64,000 nt of DNA from an uncultured Desulfohalobiaceae bacterium (GCA_964494985.1 CAZBUB010000008.1:520-64519), one strand, 5' to 3'; counted from the first letter of the stretch, positions 1-10,703 are shown. A program made the numbers and translations. Notes: generated from the sequence alone by a model not told the origin.

Positions 1-1
1 A

Positions 2-514
2 AGCAAGGAGCAGGACAGTTATACTGCTTTGCAGATGGGATTTGATGAGCAAAAGGAGCATAGACTGACGAAGCCGCAAAAAGGACATCTGGCTCGGGCT
101 GGTCAGGGCTACTATAGGGTGTTGCGTGAATTTAGAATACCTGCTGAAAATCATGAATTTTCCCAGGGTCAGAAAGTGACTGCAGATATTTTTCAAATTG
201 GCGAGAGGGTCAAAGTCAGCGGCAGATCCAAGGGACGTGGCTTTGCAGGAGTTATGAAGAGATGGAATTTTCGAGGTCTTCCTGCTTCCCATGGACATCA
301 CAAGGTGCACAGAAGCCCTGGAGCCATTGGACAGTGTGCGGATCCGGCCCGTGTTTTCAAGGGGAAGAAGATGCCAGGACAAATGGGTAACAAGAATGTC
401 AGCGTGCGCAATGTGGAAATAGTGGAAGTGCGCGAGGATGAGAATCTTATTCTGGTAAAAGGCCAGGTGCCAGGAGCTAAGAATTCTATCTTGACCATAT
501 CAAAGCAGAGCTAA
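2..514 (+). CDS. rplC: 50S ribosomal protein L3, 5'-truncated by window edge
   Basis: Frame is open from nt 2. The translation (..GRSKGRGFAGVMKRWNF..KKMPGQMGN..) matches the C-terminal two thirds of bacterial L3. It is followed by L4-L23-L2 in S10-operon order. Confidence 0.95.
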   Translation, partial: SKEQDSYTALQMGFDEQKEHRLTKPQKGHLARAGQGYYRVLREFRIPAENHEFSQGQKVTADIFQIGERVKVSGRSKGRGFAGVMKRWNFRGLPASHGHHKVHRSPGAIGQCADPARVFKGKKMPGQMGNKNVSVRNVEIVEVREDENLILVKGQVPGAKNSILTISKQS

Positions 515-524
515 GGGGCTGAAA

Positions 525-1145
525 ATGCCAATAGTAAATGTTGTGGATCAACAAAAGCAGGTGGTGAGAGAGCTAAAGCTGCCGGAGAACGTTTTTGCCG
601 TACAGGTCAAGCCCCAGATACTGCATCTAGTGGTAAAATCCCAGTTAGCAGCGAAAAGGGCGGGATCAGTCAGCGTCAAGACCAGATCCAATATCAGGGG
701 CGGAGGCCGCAAACCTTGGAGACAAAAAGGCACAGGCCGAGCCAGGGCAGGTAGTATCAGATCCCCTTTGTGGACTGGTGGCGCAGTGACCCATGGACCG
801 GGGAACCGTGATTACAGTATAAAAGTCAATCGCAAAGTTAAAAGATTGGCTTTGCGAATGGCCTTGTCCAGTAAACTAGCAGAAGGGAATTTGCTTCTTT
901 TGGAGAAATTAGAAATTTCCAGACCTAAAACTCGGGACTTTGTACAGGTCCAAAATGCATTAGAGCTCAAAAAGGCCTTGATTGTTTTGGCAAAAAAAGA
1001 TAACAACCTTGAGTTTGCAGTCAGGAACATTCCAGGAATGAAACTTATATATCATGACCAGTTGGGGGTCTATGATATCCTGAACCATGACATTTTGGTC
1101 CTGACTCCTGCTGTAGTGGAGCTTATACAGGAAAGGTTGCAATAG
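525..1145 (+). CDS. rplD: 50S ribosomal protein L4
   Basis: 206 aa with the L4-like motif RGGGRKPWRQKGTGRAR. Position in the S10 operon fits. Confidence 0.96.
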   Translation: MPIVNVVDQQKQVVRELKLPENVFAVQVKPQILHLVVKSQLAAKRAGSVSVKTRSNIRGGGRKPWRQKGTGRARAGSIRSPLWTGGAVTHGPGNRDYSIKVNRKVKRLALRMALSSKLAEGNLLLLEKLEISRPKTRDFVQVQNALELKKALIVLAKKDNNLEFAVRNIPGMKLIYHDQLGVYDILNHDILVLTPAVVELIQERLQ

Positions 1146-1147
1146 CC

Positions 1148-1438
1148 ATGGATTATACCAAAATTTTACTCAAACCAGTGGTTACAGAAAAGACTACCCA
1201 ATTAAAGGACCTGGATAACCAGGTAGTATTTAGGGTAGCTGAAAATGCCAATAAGGTCCAAATTAAAGAAGCAGTACAGAAGGCTTTTGATGTCGAAGTG
1301 CAAGCTGTGAAAGTGCTCAAAAAGAAGCCTAGAACTAAGAGGAAGTTTGGCAGACACAGTGGAAGGAGGCCTGGCTATAAGAAAGCCTATATCAGCCTGG
1401 CCCCTGGAAATAAAATAGATTACTTCGAGGGAGTATAA
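1148..1438 (+). CDS. rplW: 50S ribosomal protein L23
   Basis: 96 aa; size, sequence and position between L4 and L2 fit L23. Confidence 0.95.
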   Translation: MDYTKILLKPVVTEKTTQLKDLDNQVVFRVAENANKVQIKEAVQKAFDVEVQAVKVLKKKPRTKRKFGRHSGRRPGYKKAYISLAPGNKIDYFEGV

Positions 1439-1439
1439 T

Positions 1440-2270
1440 ATGGCTACAAGGAAGCTCAAACCCACCTCTCCTGGGAGAAGGAATCAGACAATATCCAGGT
1501 TCGAGGAACTGAGCACTACTCAGCCAGAGAAGTCCCTTGTGGTCGGACTGCCCAGGAAAAGTGGCAGAAATACCTATGGAAGGATTACTTCTAGGAGGAG
1601 GGGCGGAGGCCACAAGCGAAGATACAGGATTATCGACTTCAAGCGCAAGAAGTTGGACATTCCAGCCAAAGTGGCTTCCATTGAGTATGATCCCAATCGA
1701 ACCGCTAGGATCGCCCTTTTGCATTACGAGGACGGGGAGAAGCGATACATACTCGCACCCAAGGGGCTGCAGGTGGGAGAAAAAGTTCTTTCAGGGGAAA
1801 ACGCGGATATTAAGCCCGGCAATTGCTTGCCTTGCCACAAAATTCCGAATGGTACCGTGGTGCATAATCTTGAGCTAAATCCTGGCAAGGGAGGCCAGAT
1901 GTGTCGTTCTGCCGGCACTTATGCACAGCTCGTGGACAAGGAAGGTAAGTATGCATTGATCAAGCTGCCATCTGGAGAAATTCGCAAAGTGCTCAGGACA
2001 TGTATGGCCACTGTAGGTCAGGTAGGCAATGTGGAGCATGAGAATGTCAAAATTGGCAAGGCTGGCAGGAACAGATATCTGAATAAAAGGCCTAAGGTCC
2101 GCGGTGTGGCCATGAACCCGGTGGACCATCCCCTAGGCGGAGGCGAAGGGCGAAGCTCAGGGGGCAGACATCCTGTCACACCTTGGGGCATTCCCACTAA
2201 AGGCTACAAGACTAGGAACAGGAAAAAGCTTTCTGCTAAGCTAATTGTTAAGAGAAGAGATAGAAAATAA
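1440..2270 (+). CDS. rplB: 50S ribosomal protein L2
   Basis: 276 aa with the L2 hallmarks GRNxxGRITxRxRGGGHKR and MNPVDHPxGGGEG. Confidence 0.98.
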   Translation: MATRKLKPTSPGRRNQTISRFEELSTTQPEKSLVVGLPRKSGRNTYGRITSRRRGGGHKRRYRIIDFKRKKLDIPAKVASIEYDPNRTARIALLHYEDGEKRYILAPKGLQVGEKVLSGENADIKPGNCLPCHKIPNGTVVHNLELNPGKGGQMCRSAGTYAQLVDKEGKYALIKLPSGEIRKVLRTCMATVGQVGNVEHENVKIGKAGRNRYLNKRPKVRGVAMNPVDHPLGGGEGRSSGGRHPVTPWGIPTKGYKTRNRKKLSAKLIVKRRDRK

Positions 2271-2284
2271 AGAGGGAGCCTGTT

Positions 2285-2575
2285 ATGCCCAGATCATTAA
2301 AAAAAGGCCCATTCGTGGACGGGCATTTGCTGCAGAAAGTTGAAAGGGCTCAAGAAACCAGAGATAGAAGTGTGATCAAGACCTGGTCCAGACGTTCCAC
2401 TGTTATTCCTGAGATGGTGGGATTGACCTTTGCTGTGCATAACGGAAAGAAATTCATTCCAGTATTTGTCACAGAGAACATGGTGGGACATAAATTGGGA
2501 GAGTTTGCCATTACCAGGACTTTTCACGGTCATGCCGGGGACAAGAAGAGCCAAGTCCGAGGCAAGAAAAAATAA
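2285..2575 (+). CDS. rpsS: 30S ribosomal protein S19
   Basis: 96 aa; [12 protein letters not shown].. and ..HNGKKFIPV.. are typical of S19. Confidence 0.97.
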   Translation: MPRSLKKGPFVDGHLLQKVERAQETRDRSVIKTWSRRSTVIPEMVGLTFAVHNGKKFIPVFVTENMVGHKLGEFAITRTFHGHAGDKKSQVRGKKK

Positions 2576-2917
2576 ATGAGGTCTGCAATGGAAGTCAGTG
2601 CAAAAGCTAGATTCGTGAGGGTTTCTCCACGCAAGACCCGCCTGGTGGCAGCGAACATTAAGGATCAATCAGTGGGTAAAGCGCTTGATCTTTTAAAATT
2701 TACTGCGCAGAAGCCTGCCAAAGAACTCTACAAGGTTTTGTACTCTGCTGTGTCCAATGCCCAGCAGACAGCGCTAGATGTGGACAGCCTTTATGTAAAA
2801 AGGGTGCTGGTGGACAAGGGACCTTTTTTGAAGCGGATAAAACCCAGGGCCATGGGTAGAGCTACCAGGATCCTGAAGAAGACAAGCCATATTACAATAA
2901 TCATTGATGAGGAATAG
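2576..2917 (+). CDS. rplV: 50S ribosomal protein L22
   Basis: 113 aa with SPRKTRLVA..IKPRAMGRA. The true start may be the second ATG at 2588 (MEVSAKARF). Confidence 0.95.
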   Translation: MRSAMEVSAKARFVRVSPRKTRLVAANIKDQSVGKALDLLKFTAQKPAKELYKVLYSAVSNAQQTALDVDSLYVKRVLVDKGPFLKRIKPRAMGRATRILKKTSHITIIIDEE

Positions 2918-2929
2918 GAGGTAGCGGTC

Positions 2930-3574
2930 TTGGGTCAGAAAGTACACCCCTACGGCTTTCGCTTGGGTTATAACAAAAACTGGCAGTCTCGTTGGTTTAG
3001 CAGCAAGAATTACTCTCAATTTGTCTTTGAAGATGACCAGCTGCGAAAATTTTTAAAGAATAAGCTTTACCATGCAGGTATAGCCAGAATAGAAATAGAG
3101 AGGGCTGCAGAAAAGGTCAGACTGATTATTTATACTGCCAGGCCCGGAATAGTTATAGGCCGTAAAGGGGCTGAAATAGAGAAATTTCGCACTGAGTTGA
3201 AGAAAAAATTCGGCAAGGAATTTATAATTGAAGTCAATGAAGTGCGCAGACCTGAGATTGAAGCCCAGCTAGTAGCAGAGAACGTAGCTATGCAGCTGGA
3301 ACGCAGAGTAGCTTTCAGAAGGGCCATGAAAAGGACTATAGGGCTGGCCAGGAAGTTCGGAGCAGAAGGAATCAAGATTTCTTGTGCGGGTCGCCTTGGA
3401 GGAGCTGACATAGCGAGAACAGAATGGTTCAGGGAAGGGAGAGTGCCTTTGCATACATTGCGTGCAGATATTGATTACGGATATGCGGTGGCCAGGACTA
3501 CCTATGGCATTATTGGAGTTAAAGTCTGGATATTCAAAGGCGAAATACTCGATGAGGTGACCACAAATGCTTAG
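2930..3574 (+). CDS. rpsC: 30S ribosomal protein S3
   Basis: 214 aa with a TTG start; [13 protein letters not shown].. is KH-domain S3. Confidence 0.97.
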   Translation: MGQKVHPYGFRLGYNKNWQSRWFSSKNYSQFVFEDDQLRKFLKNKLYHAGIARIEIERAAEKVRLIIYTARPGIVIGRKGAEIEKFRTELKKKFGKEFIIEVNEVRRPEIEAQLVAENVAMQLERRVAFRRAMKRTIGLARKFGAEGIKISCAGRLGGADIARTEWFREGRVPLHTLRADIDYGYAVARTTYGIIGVKVWIFKGEILDEVTTNA

Positions 3575-3974
3575 CCCAAAAAAAGTAAAATATCGCAAGC
3601 AACATAAGAATTTCCTCAAGGGTTCTGCTAGTCGAGGGACCAAAGTGGCTTTCGGAGAGATCGGCTTAAAAACCCTGGAACACGGCAGAGTTAGTAACAG
3701 ACAAATTGAAGCCGCCCGAATTGCAATTATGCGACATATACGCAGGGGGGGCAAAGTGTTTATTCGGATATTTCCTGATAAGCCTTATACAGAAAAGCCT
3801 GCAGAGACCAGACAGGGAAAGGGCAAAGGCTCTCCTGCTGGGTGGGTAGCACCTGTTAAACCAGGGAAAGTCTTGTACGAGATTAGTGGAATAAATCAGG
3901 AGCAGGCCAGGGAGGCCTTGATCAGAGCAGCTCACAAGCTCCCGGTGAAGACCAAGGTAGTGGTCAAGGAGTAA
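3567..3974 (+). CDS. rplP: 50S ribosomal protein L16
   Basis: 135 aa; [14 protein letters not shown].. is typical of L16. It overlaps the rpsC end by 8 nt. Confidence 0.97.
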   Translation: MLSPKKVKYRKQHKNFLKGSASRGTKVAFGEIGLKTLEHGRVSNRQIEAARIAIMRHIRRGGKVFIRIFPDKPYTEKPAETRQGKGKGSPAGWVAPVKPGKVLYEISGINQEQAREALIRAAHKLPVKTKVVVKE

Positions 3975-3979
3975 ACTTT

Positions 3980-4183
3980 ATGCAGACCCAAAAAATCAGA
4001 GAGCTAAGCTGGAAAGAGTTGCAGCAAAAATTAGCAGATTACGAGAAGGAGCTTTTCAACCTGCGCTTTCAGCATGCCACAGGCCAGCTGGGCAATACCC
4101 AGCGACTGCCCAAGGTGCGCAAAAACATTGCCAGAATCAAGACTATCCAGCGGGAAAAGGAGTTGGAGGGCAGCAATGACTAG
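3980..4183 (+). CDS. rpmC: 50S ribosomal protein L29
   Basis: 67 aa; ..[14 protein letters not shown].. is an L29 signature. Confidence 0.95.
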   Translation: MQTQKIRELSWKELQQKLADYEKELFNLRFQHATGQLGNTQRLPKVRKNIARIKTIQREKELEGSND

Positions 4184-4442
4184 TCAGATTTCCAGGGGAA
4201 ATAAAAGGATGCTCACTGGACGTGTGGTCAGTAACAAGGCGGACAAGACTGTGGTTGTACTCTGCGAAAGCATATTGCAGCATCCATTGTATAAAAAGTA
4301 TATCCAGCGCAAGAAAAAATTTATGGCCCATGATCCAGAGAATTCCTGCGCACTTGGTGACAAGGTCCAGATTATAGAAAGCAGACCCATTAGTAAGAAA
4401 AAAAAATGGTGCCTACGAAAGATTCTGGAAAAAGCACAGTAA
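4176..4442 (+). CDS. rpsQ: 30S ribosomal protein S17
   Basis: The internal ATG at 4176 of ORF 4074..4442 gives [28 protein letters not shown].., which is S17-like. The upstream part of the ORF overlaps rpmC and is not S17-like. Confidence 0.93.
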   Translation: MTSQISRGNKRMLTGRVVSNKADKTVVVLCESILQHPLYKKYIQRKKKFMAHDPENSCALGDKVQIIESRPISKKKKWCLRKILEKAQ

Positions 4443-4455
4443 AAGGGGAAACGAG

Positions 4456-4824
4456 ATGATCCAGGTTGAGTCCAGGCTAGATGTCGCAGATAATTCTGGG
4501 GCCAAGCTTTTAAGCTGTATTAAAGTCCTCGGAGGTAGCAAGAGGCGTTACGCAGGCCTAGGTGATTTGATCGTTGTCTCGGTCAAGGAAGCCATGCCCC
4601 ATACTAAGGTTAAGAAAGGTGATGTTTTCAGGGCAGTAGTAGTTCGCACTAAGAAGGAGACAGGCCGACCTAATGGATCTTATATCAGCTTTGATTCAAA
4701 TTCAGCAGTATTGTTGAATAAAAATATGGATCCTATTGGCACCAGAATCTTTGGCCCTGTAGCCAGGGAGCTAAGACAGAGGAATTTTATGAAAATAGTA
4801 TCCCTCGCTCCCGAGGTATTGTAG
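4456..4824 (+). CDS. rplN: 50S ribosomal protein L14
   Basis: 122 aa; [17 protein letters not shown].. is canonical L14. Confidence 0.98.
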   Translation: MIQVESRLDVADNSGAKLLSCIKVLGGSKRRYAGLGDLIVVSVKEAMPHTKVKKGDVFRAVVVRTKKETGRPNGSYISFDSNSAVLLNKNMDPIGTRIFGPVARELRQRNFMKIVSLAPEVL

Positions 4825-4837
4825 AGGATAAATAGCC

Positions 4838-5161
4838 ATGTATAAGTTCAGGATAAAAGTTAATGACAAGGTTATGATAAGAAGCGGCAAGGACAAGGGC
4901 AAAATTGGTTCTGTAAAAAGGATTAACAAAAAAAATGGTACAGTCCTTGTAGATCAACTTAATTTGGTCAAAAGGCATATCAAGGGCAATCCCTACACAG
5001 GCAAAAGTGGTGGAATACAAGACCAGGAGGCCCCTGTACATTATTCTAATGTGGATCTTGTCTGTGATTCCTGTACCAAGCCCACCAGGGTTGGCTATAC
5101 ATATGCCCAGGACGGCAGAAAATTTCGGTACTGCAAGAAATGCAACGAGATGTTTAGCTAA
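4838..5161 (+). CDS. rplX: 50S ribosomal protein L24, with a C-terminal 4-Cys knuckle
   Basis: 107 aa with a KOW motif (GKDKGKIGSV). The C-terminus carries CDSC..x19..CKKC. Confidence 0.95.
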   Translation: MYKFRIKVNDKVMIRSGKDKGKIGSVKRINKKNGTVLVDQLNLVKRHIKGNPYTGKSGGIQDQEAPVHYSNVDLVCDSCTKPTRVGYTYAQDGRKFRYCKKCNEMFS

Positions 5162-5216
5162 GGATTCATAATCCCTTGTACTGCGATTGGTAAATGAATG
5201 AAAATTGGGTGTACAT

Positions 5217-5756
5217 ATGAGTCGTTTAAAGCAAATATACCAGGATAAAGTGAGTTCAGCGCTGCAGCAAGAGTTTGGTTATCTGTCCAGGATGCAGATT
5301 CCTTGCTTGAGATTTGTTGCATTGAATATGGGGTTAGGCGAGGGCAGTCAAGACAATAAGCTTATCCAGGATGCTGTCCAGGAGCTTAGCCAAATCTCCG
5401 GACAAAAGGCAGTAGTTACCAGGGCCAAAAGGTCTATCGCTGCATTCAAGCTACGCCAAGGAATGCCTGTAGGCTGCAGAGTTACCTTGCGCAGGGAAAG
5501 GATGTGGGAGTTTTTTGATAAGCTCGTAAATTTTGCTTTACCCAGGGTCAGGGATTTTCGGGGGATCCCTGATAGAGGCTTTGATGGCAGGGGGAACTTT
5601 ACCTTGGGCTTAAAGGAACAGACCATATTTCCGGATATTAATCAGGATAAGGTGGATCGAGTCAAAGGTATGAATGTGACCATAGTCACCTCTGCAAAAA
5701 CAGATAAGGAAGGAAAGGCCTTGCTCAAAATGCTGGGCATGCCCTTTAGCAAATAA
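5217..5756 (+). CDS. rplE: 50S ribosomal protein L5
   Basis: [12 protein letters not shown].. aligns with the L5 N-terminus. The ORF track begins 4 codons earlier, at 5205. Confidence 0.95.
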   Translation: MSRLKQIYQDKVSSALQQEFGYLSRMQIPCLRFVALNMGLGEGSQDNKLIQDAVQELSQISGQKAVVTRAKRSIAAFKLRQGMPVGCRVTLRRERMWEFFDKLVNFALPRVRDFRGIPDRGFDGRGNFTLGLKEQTIFPDINQDKVDRVKGMNVTIVTSAKTDKEGKALLKMLGMPFSK

Positions 5757-5769
5757 GAAGGAGGCGGAG

Positions 5770-5955
5770 TTGGCACGTAAAGCATTAATGGCCAAGGCAG
5801 CCAAGAAGAACAAATTCATGGTTCGAGAGTACAACAGATGTCCTAGGTGCGGCAGGGGCAGGGCTTATATGCGCAAATTTGGTCTATGTAGGATCTGTTT
5901 TAGAAATATGGCTTTAAGCGGTGCATTGCCTGGTGTCCGCAAATCTAGCTGGTAA
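5770..5955 (+). CDS. rpsN: 30S ribosomal protein S14, short zinc-binding (type Z) form
   Basis: 61 aa with CPRC..x12..CRIC. Confidence 0.95.
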   Translation: MARKALMAKAAKKNKFMVREYNRCPRCGRGRAYMRKFGLCRICFRNMALSGALPGVRKSSW

Positions 5956-5970
5956 GCCAAGGAGAAGAAA

Positions 5971-6354
5971 ATGGCGGTAGTGGATCCCATTGCAGATATG
6001 CTAACCCGGATCAGGAATGCGCATATGGCCTTGCATAGGCAAGTCCAATTGCCCAAGTCACAAATGAAATTGGCTATAGCTGATATCCTGCAAGAAGAGG
6101 GTTACATCCAGTCCTATGAAGAAAGGGAATGGGACTTAAGTATTCAGCTTAAATACGTGCGAGGCAGATCAGCAATCACTGGCTTAAAAAGGGTGAGTAG
6201 GCCAGGTTGCCGCAGGTATGTGGGCTGTGATGAGATACCCAAGGTGCAAAGCGGTCTGGGTATCAATATTCTGTCCACCTCAAAAGGAGTATTTCCCGGT
6301 GACAGAGCTCAAAAGGAGCGAGTCGGAGGGGAGCTTCTTTGTCAAATCTGGTAG
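5971..6354 (+). CDS. rpsH: 30S ribosomal protein S8
   Basis: 127 aa; DPIADMLTRIRNA is an S8 signature. Confidence 0.97.
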   Translation: MAVVDPIADMLTRIRNAHMALHRQVQLPKSQMKLAIADILQEEGYIQSYEEREWDLSIQLKYVRGRSAITGLKRVSRPGCRRYVGCDEIPKVQSGLGINILSTSKGVFPGDRAQKERVGGELLCQIW

Positions 6355-6366
6355 TGGAGCAAAATT

Positions 6367-6906
6367 ATGTCGAGAATAGGTAAACTTCCGGTAGAGATCC
6401 CTGGGGATGTGCAAGTGGATATTCAAGAGGAGCAAATCTTAGTCCAGGGCCCCAAAGGAAGTCTGCAAGTCAGCAAACATCCGTTGATCTCTTATGAGCA
6501 AGAAGGGGAACGCATCTATTTGCGCATGAAGAAAAATTCCCTTAAGGCCAGGGAGCAGTATGGTTTGCGGCGCACCTTGCTGAATAATGCAGTACAAGGT
6601 GTGAAGCAAGGCTTCGAGAAGGGTTTGGAGTTGGTGGGTGTGGGCTACAAAGTCCAAGTTCAAGGAGATAAAGTCGTGCTTAATGTGGGTTATTCCCAGG
6701 CCCAGGAATTTCATCTTCCCCATGGTATCCAGGCCAGGACTGAAGGCAACAGGCTGTTTGTTTCTGGTATAGACAAAGAACAAGTGGGAGAAGTTGCAGC
6801 GAGTATTCGGAAAATACGAAGACCAGAGCCCTATAAAGGCAAAGGAATCAAATATCTGGATGAGCAGTTGAGAAGGAAGGCAGGCAAGTCCGCAAAGAAA
6901 AAATAG
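6367..6906 (+). CDS. rplF: 50S ribosomal protein L6
   Basis: 179 aa; MSRIGKLPVEIP.. and ..PEPYKGKGI.. fit L6. Confidence 0.97.
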   Translation: MSRIGKLPVEIPGDVQVDIQEEQILVQGPKGSLQVSKHPLISYEQEGERIYLRMKKNSLKAREQYGLRRTLLNNAVQGVKQGFEKGLELVGVGYKVQVQGDKVVLNVGYSQAQEFHLPHGIQARTEGNRLFVSGIDKEQVGEVAASIRKIRRPEPYKGKGIKYLDEQLRRKAGKSAKKK

Positions 6907-6915
6907 GTTTGAGAT

Positions 6916-7266
6916 ATGAAACTATCCAAGAATGCGCTGCGAAGGAAAAGAAAGCAAAGGATCAGTAAGAAAGTTAGAGGCACTCCACTTAGGCCCAGAC
7001 TGGTGGTATTCCGCTCCAACAAGCATATTTACGTCCAGCTCGTAGATGATCTATCTGGAACTACCTGGACAGCAGCTTCTACGCATAATTTAAGTACCCA
7101 GTCAAGGCTCAGCAGGGATACTGCTAGGCAAGTTGGTCAGCAAATGGCCGCTCAAGCCAAAGAGCTGAATGTAGAACAGGTAGTCTTTGACAGAAATGGG
7201 TATGTATACCATGGACGGGTACAGGCACTAGCAGAAGGGGCCCGAGAGGGTGGACTCAAATTCTAA
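6916..7266 (+). CDS. rplR: 50S ribosomal protein L18
   Basis: 116 aa; ..RPRLVVFRSNKHIYVQ.. and ..FDRNGYVYHGRV.. fit L18. Confidence 0.96.
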   Translation: MKLSKNALRRKRKQRISKKVRGTPLRPRLVVFRSNKHIYVQLVDDLSGTTWTAASTHNLSTQSRLSRDTARQVGQQMAAQAKELNVEQVVFDRNGYVYHGRVQALAEGAREGGLKF

Positions 7267-7279
7267 TCTGGAGTGATTC

Positions 7280-7774
7280 ATGGAAGTGAATGAGCTGGGA
7301 TACATTGAAAAGATAGTGCATTTGAATCGCGTGGCAAAAGTGGTCAAAGGTGGACGAAATTTTAAGTTTAGCGCTTTAGTTGTGGTGGGCAATGGCCAAG
7401 GAAAAGTAGGATATGGCCAAGGAAAAGCCAATCAGGTGCCAGATGCGATCCAAAAGGCCACAGAACAGGCCAGGAAGAATATGGTGGAAATCCCAATCGT
7501 GGATGGTACGTTGCCCTATGAGGTCTTAGGTCATTTTGGAGCGGGAAGGGTATTGTTAAAGCCTGCTTCCAAAGGTTCAGGCATTATTGCTGGCGGTCCT
7601 GTACGGGCCGTAATGGAGGCTGCTGGCGTACAAAATATTTTAAGCAAGGCCTTGGGCACGAACAATCCGATTAATGTTTTGAAAGCCACAATGAGCGGAC
7701 TGTGCTCCCTGCGCACTGCAGAGGAAGTCAGCAAACTAAGGGGTAAGCAAGTCAGACTAAGCCCGAGTGTTTAG
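7280..7774 (+). CDS. rpsE: 30S ribosomal protein S5
   Basis: 164 aa; ..[26 protein letters not shown].. fits S5. Confidence 0.97.
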   Translation: MEVNELGYIEKIVHLNRVAKVVKGGRNFKFSALVVVGNGQGKVGYGQGKANQVPDAIQKATEQARKNMVEIPIVDGTLPYEVLGHFGAGRVLLKPASKGSGIIAGGPVRAVMEAAGVQNILSKALGTNNPINVLKATMSGLCSLRTAEEVSKLRGKQVRLSPSV

Positions 7775-7797
7775 TGTTCAACAAGGAAGGCAAATTG

Positions 7798-7968
7798 ATG
7801 AAGATCAAATTGATAAGAAGCACAATCGGGGCCTCTCCTAAGCAGAAGAGAAACTTGCAGGCCTTAGGATTGAAAAGGATGAATCAGGTCAAAGAGGTCC
7901 CAGACAATCCTTGTGTTAGGGGGCAGGTAAGAAGGGTAAATCACATGCTTGAGGTGATAGAGTCATGA
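7798..7968 (+). CDS. rpmD: 50S ribosomal protein L30
   Basis: MKIKLIRSTIG.. is preceded by AAGGAAGG 7 nt upstream. The ORF track begins at GTG 7774. Confidence 0.92.
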   Translation: MKIKLIRSTIGASPKQKRNLQALGLKRMNQVKEVPDNPCVRGQVRRVNHMLEVIES

Positions 7969-8408
7969 AATTGCACCAGCTATATCCATTCCCCAGTGAA
8001 TCTAAAACAAGAAAACGCCTGGGAAGAGGTGCAGGAAGCGGCCTTGGCTGCACTTCAGGCAAGGGGAATAAAGGTCAGAGAGCCAGAGCAGGAGCAGGAC
8101 CTGCACAGGGATTCGAAGGTGGGCAGATGCCTATGAGCCGTAGGCTGCCCAAGTTTGGGTTCAAGAACAAGTTTCGTGTGCAGTATGCAGAAATCAATCT
8201 GGAGCAGATAACAGCCAAGTTTCCTGGCCAAAGTGAAATCAGCATTGATGATCTCTATCAATACTGTGACCCAAGAATGCCTATAAAGGTTTTGGGCCGA
8301 GGAGGAGCTCAACAGGCAATTAAAATTCAGGCCCATAGATTTAGTGTTGCCGCCAAAGAAAAGATTGAACAGGCCGGAGGACAGGCCCAGGCATTGGAGG
8401 GCTGCTAA
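7965..8408 (+). CDS. rplO: 50S ribosomal protein L15
   Basis: 147 aa; ..KRLGRGAGSGLGCTSGKGNKGQ.. fits L15. There is an ATGA overlap with rpmD. Confidence 0.96.
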   Translation: MKLHQLYPFPSESKTRKRLGRGAGSGLGCTSGKGNKGQRARAGAGPAQGFEGGQMPMSRRLPKFGFKNKFRVQYAEINLEQITAKFPGQSEISIDDLYQYCDPRMPIKVLGRGGAQQAIKIQAHRFSVAAKEKIEQAGGQAQALEGC

Positions 8409-9719
8409 GTGGTTGGAGGAGTTGAGAGCCTTGCCGGGAACAAGGAGCTCAGAAACAAGATTCTGTTTACGTTGGGCCTGCTTATAGTTTATAGGCTAGG
8501 CATCCATGTGCCAGTGCCTGGGATAAATGCCCAAGCCATATCTGATTTTTTTTCCGGGGCCCAGGATACGCTGTTTGGCCTTTTCGATATGTTTTCAGGT
8601 GGTGGGTTAAGCAGGTTTTCAGTGTGTGCGCTGGGTATAATGCCTTATATTTCAGCATCCATTATTTTGCAGTTACTTACAGCGGTCAGCCCGGAATTAA
8701 AAAGGTTGAAAAAGGAAGAAGGCGAGGCAGGGCGCAAGAAGATAACCCAATACACGCGATACGGAACTGTACTTATCACCCTAGTGCAGGGAACAGGCAT
8801 AGCCGTCGGCTTGCAGACCATGACCAGCCCTTCTGGAGTGCCAGTGGTCCCAAATCCTGGTCCTTTATTCGTATTTACCACAGTTATTACCCTGACTACA
8901 GGAACTATTTTTATAATGTGGCTAGGTGAACAAATAACAGCCAGGGGAATAGCAAATGGAATTTCACTGATAATCTTTGCCGGTATTGTGGCTAGTATAC
9001 CTGGAGCACTCAGTCAAACCTATAGTCTGTTAAGGGCAGGTGAACTGAATATTCCACTTCTTCTGTTAGTTATAGTAGTCATTGTAGGGGCATTGGTATT
9101 TACTTGCTTTATGGAAACCTCGCAAAGGAGGATTCCTATACATTATGCCAAACGCATGATGGGCAGAAAACTTTATGGCGGGCAGAGCACACATCTCCCT
9201 CTTAGAGTGAATACTGCAGGAGTTATTCCAGCAATTTTTGCCTCATCTATATTGATGTTTCCTGGCACTATTGCCAATTTTTCCCAAGTACAAGCATTAG
9301 AACGTGCGTCGGCTTTGTTCAGCCCGGAGTCATTGCTATATAATTTGATATTTGTCGGACTCATTATATTCTTTTGTTTTTTTTATACCGCCATAATTTT
9401 TGATCCCAAGGATATTGCTGAAAACTTGAAGAAACAAGGCGGATTCATTCCAGGCATCAGGCCTGGCAAGCAAACATATTTATATATTGACAAAGTTTTG
9501 ACCAGGATTACTTTTTGGGGCTCCCTGTATATATCTGCGATATGCGTATTACCCATGATACTTATTACACAGCTGAACCTCCCTTTTTATTTTGGCGGTA
9601 CAGCCTTGTTAATCGTGGTAGGAGTAGCTATAGATACCATGTCCAGGGTGCAGTCTTATCTCATCAGTCATCAATATGAGGGACTCATGCAGAAAAGCAA
9701 ACTCAAAGGCAGGTTTTAG
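8409..9719 (+). CDS. secY: preprotein translocase subunit SecY
   Basis: 436 aa polytopic protein with a GTG start. It sits in the position conserved after rplO; ..GIMPYISASIILQLL.. is a SecY motif. Confidence 0.97.
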   Translation: MVGGVESLAGNKELRNKILFTLGLLIVYRLGIHVPVPGINAQAISDFFSGAQDTLFGLFDMFSGGGLSRFSVCALGIMPYISASIILQLLTAVSPELKRLKKEEGEAGRKKITQYTRYGTVLITLVQGTGIAVGLQTMTSPSGVPVVPNPGPLFVFTTVITLTTGTIFIMWLGEQITARGIANGISLIIFAGIVASIPGALSQTYSLLRAGELNIPLLLLVIVVIVGALVFTCFMETSQRRIPIHYAKRMMGRKLYGGQSTHLPLRVNTAGVIPAIFASSILMFPGTIANFSQVQALERASALFSPESLLYNLIFVGLIIFFCFFYTAIIFDPKDIAENLKKQGGFIPGIRPGKQTYLYIDKVLTRITFWGSLYISAICVLPMILITQLNLPFYFGGTALLIVVGVAIDTMSRVQSYLISHQYEGLMQKSKLKGRF

Positions 9720-9773
9720 AGTAACATTTAAAATATTTAGCTTAATTGGCCAGGAGCAAAGGAGTATATAGAG

Positions 9774-9887
9774 ATGAAGGTAAGACCATCAGTCAAGAAG
9801 ATTTGCCCCAGGTGCAAAATAATTAAACGCAAGGGATCCCTGCGGGTGATTTGCGATAATCCCAGGCACAAACAAAGACAAGGCTAA
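9774..9887 (+). CDS. rpmJ: 50S ribosomal protein L36
   Basis: Not in the ORF track because it is under 60 aa. My translation is [37 protein letters not shown], with GGAG 8 nt upstream. Confidence 0.93.
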   Translation: MKVRPSVKKICPRCKIIKRKGSLRVICDNPRHKQRQG

Positions 9888-9904
9888 ACCAGGAGGAAGG
9901 TTCT

Positions 9905-10276
9905 GTGGCAAGGATTGCAAGTGTTGATTTGCCCAAAAACAAGAGACTGGATATCGCCCTGACCTATATTTACGGCGTTGGTCATAGCACCGCTTTAAAG
10001 ATTTTAGAGTCGTCAGGCGTGGAGTGGACGAAAAAAACTGATGATTTGAATGCAGACGAAGTTAATCAGATACGTAAAGAGATTGAACAGAACTACAAAG
10101 TTGAAGGCGATTTGCGCAGGGAGGTCAATGCCAATATAAAGCGTCTCATGGAGATAGGCTGTTATCGTGGCCTGCGGCATAAAAAGCATCTGCCTGTGCG
10201 AGGGCAAAGGACAAGCACCAACTCCAGGACCAGGAAAGGACCTAAAAGGACGCTGATTGGCAGGAAAAAGAAGTAG
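9905..10276 (+). CDS. rpsM: 30S ribosomal protein S13
   Basis: 123 aa with a GTG start after AGGAGGAAGG; [10 protein letters not shown].. fits S13. Confidence 0.97.
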   Translation: MARIASVDLPKNKRLDIALTYIYGVGHSTALKILESSGVEWTKKTDDLNADEVNQIRKEIEQNYKVEGDLRREVNANIKRLMEIGCYRGLRHKKHLPVRGQRTSTNSRTRKGPKRTLIGRKKK

Positions 10277-10310
10277 TGCCTGCATGTAATTAATCTAGAG
10301 GTGATATTCA

Positions 10311-10703
10311 ATGGCTAAAGCAAAAAGACGTACCAGCAAGAAAAAAGAAAAAAAGAACATTCCTACAGGAACAGCGCATATTAAAGCTACATTCAATAAT
10401 ACTACTATAACTTTTACTGATGAAAAGGGTAATGTAGTCAGTTGGGCTACTGCTGGCATGTCTGGATTTAAGGGATCTAAGAAAAGTACCCCGTATGCAG
10501 CTCAGATTGCAGCCCAGACTGCTGCCAGAAAAGCCCAGGAACACGGCATGCGTACAGTCGGAATCCTAGTTAAGGGTCCTGGCTCCGGGAGAGAGTCCGC
10601 TATGAGGGCCATCAATAATGAGGGCCTAAAAGTAACATATATCCAGGATATAACCCCGATACCCCATAACGGTTGCCGTCCGCCCAAAAGGCGCCGGGTG
10701 TAA
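10311..10703 (+). CDS. rpsK: 30S ribosomal protein S11
   Basis: 130 aa; ..[18 protein letters not shown].. fits S11. Confidence 0.97.
   Translation: MAKAKRRTSKKKEKKNIPTGTAHIKATFNNTTITFTDEKGNVVSWATAGMSGFKGSKKSTPYAAQIAAQTAARKAQEHGMRTVGILVKGPGSGRESAMRAINNEGLKVTYIQDITPIPHNGCRPPKRRRV

Noticed and set aside
4074-4175. An upstream 34-codon extension of the S17 ORF.
   Set aside because: It overlaps the rpmC coding frame and is not S17-like. The ATG at 4176 gives the canonical S17 N-terminus.
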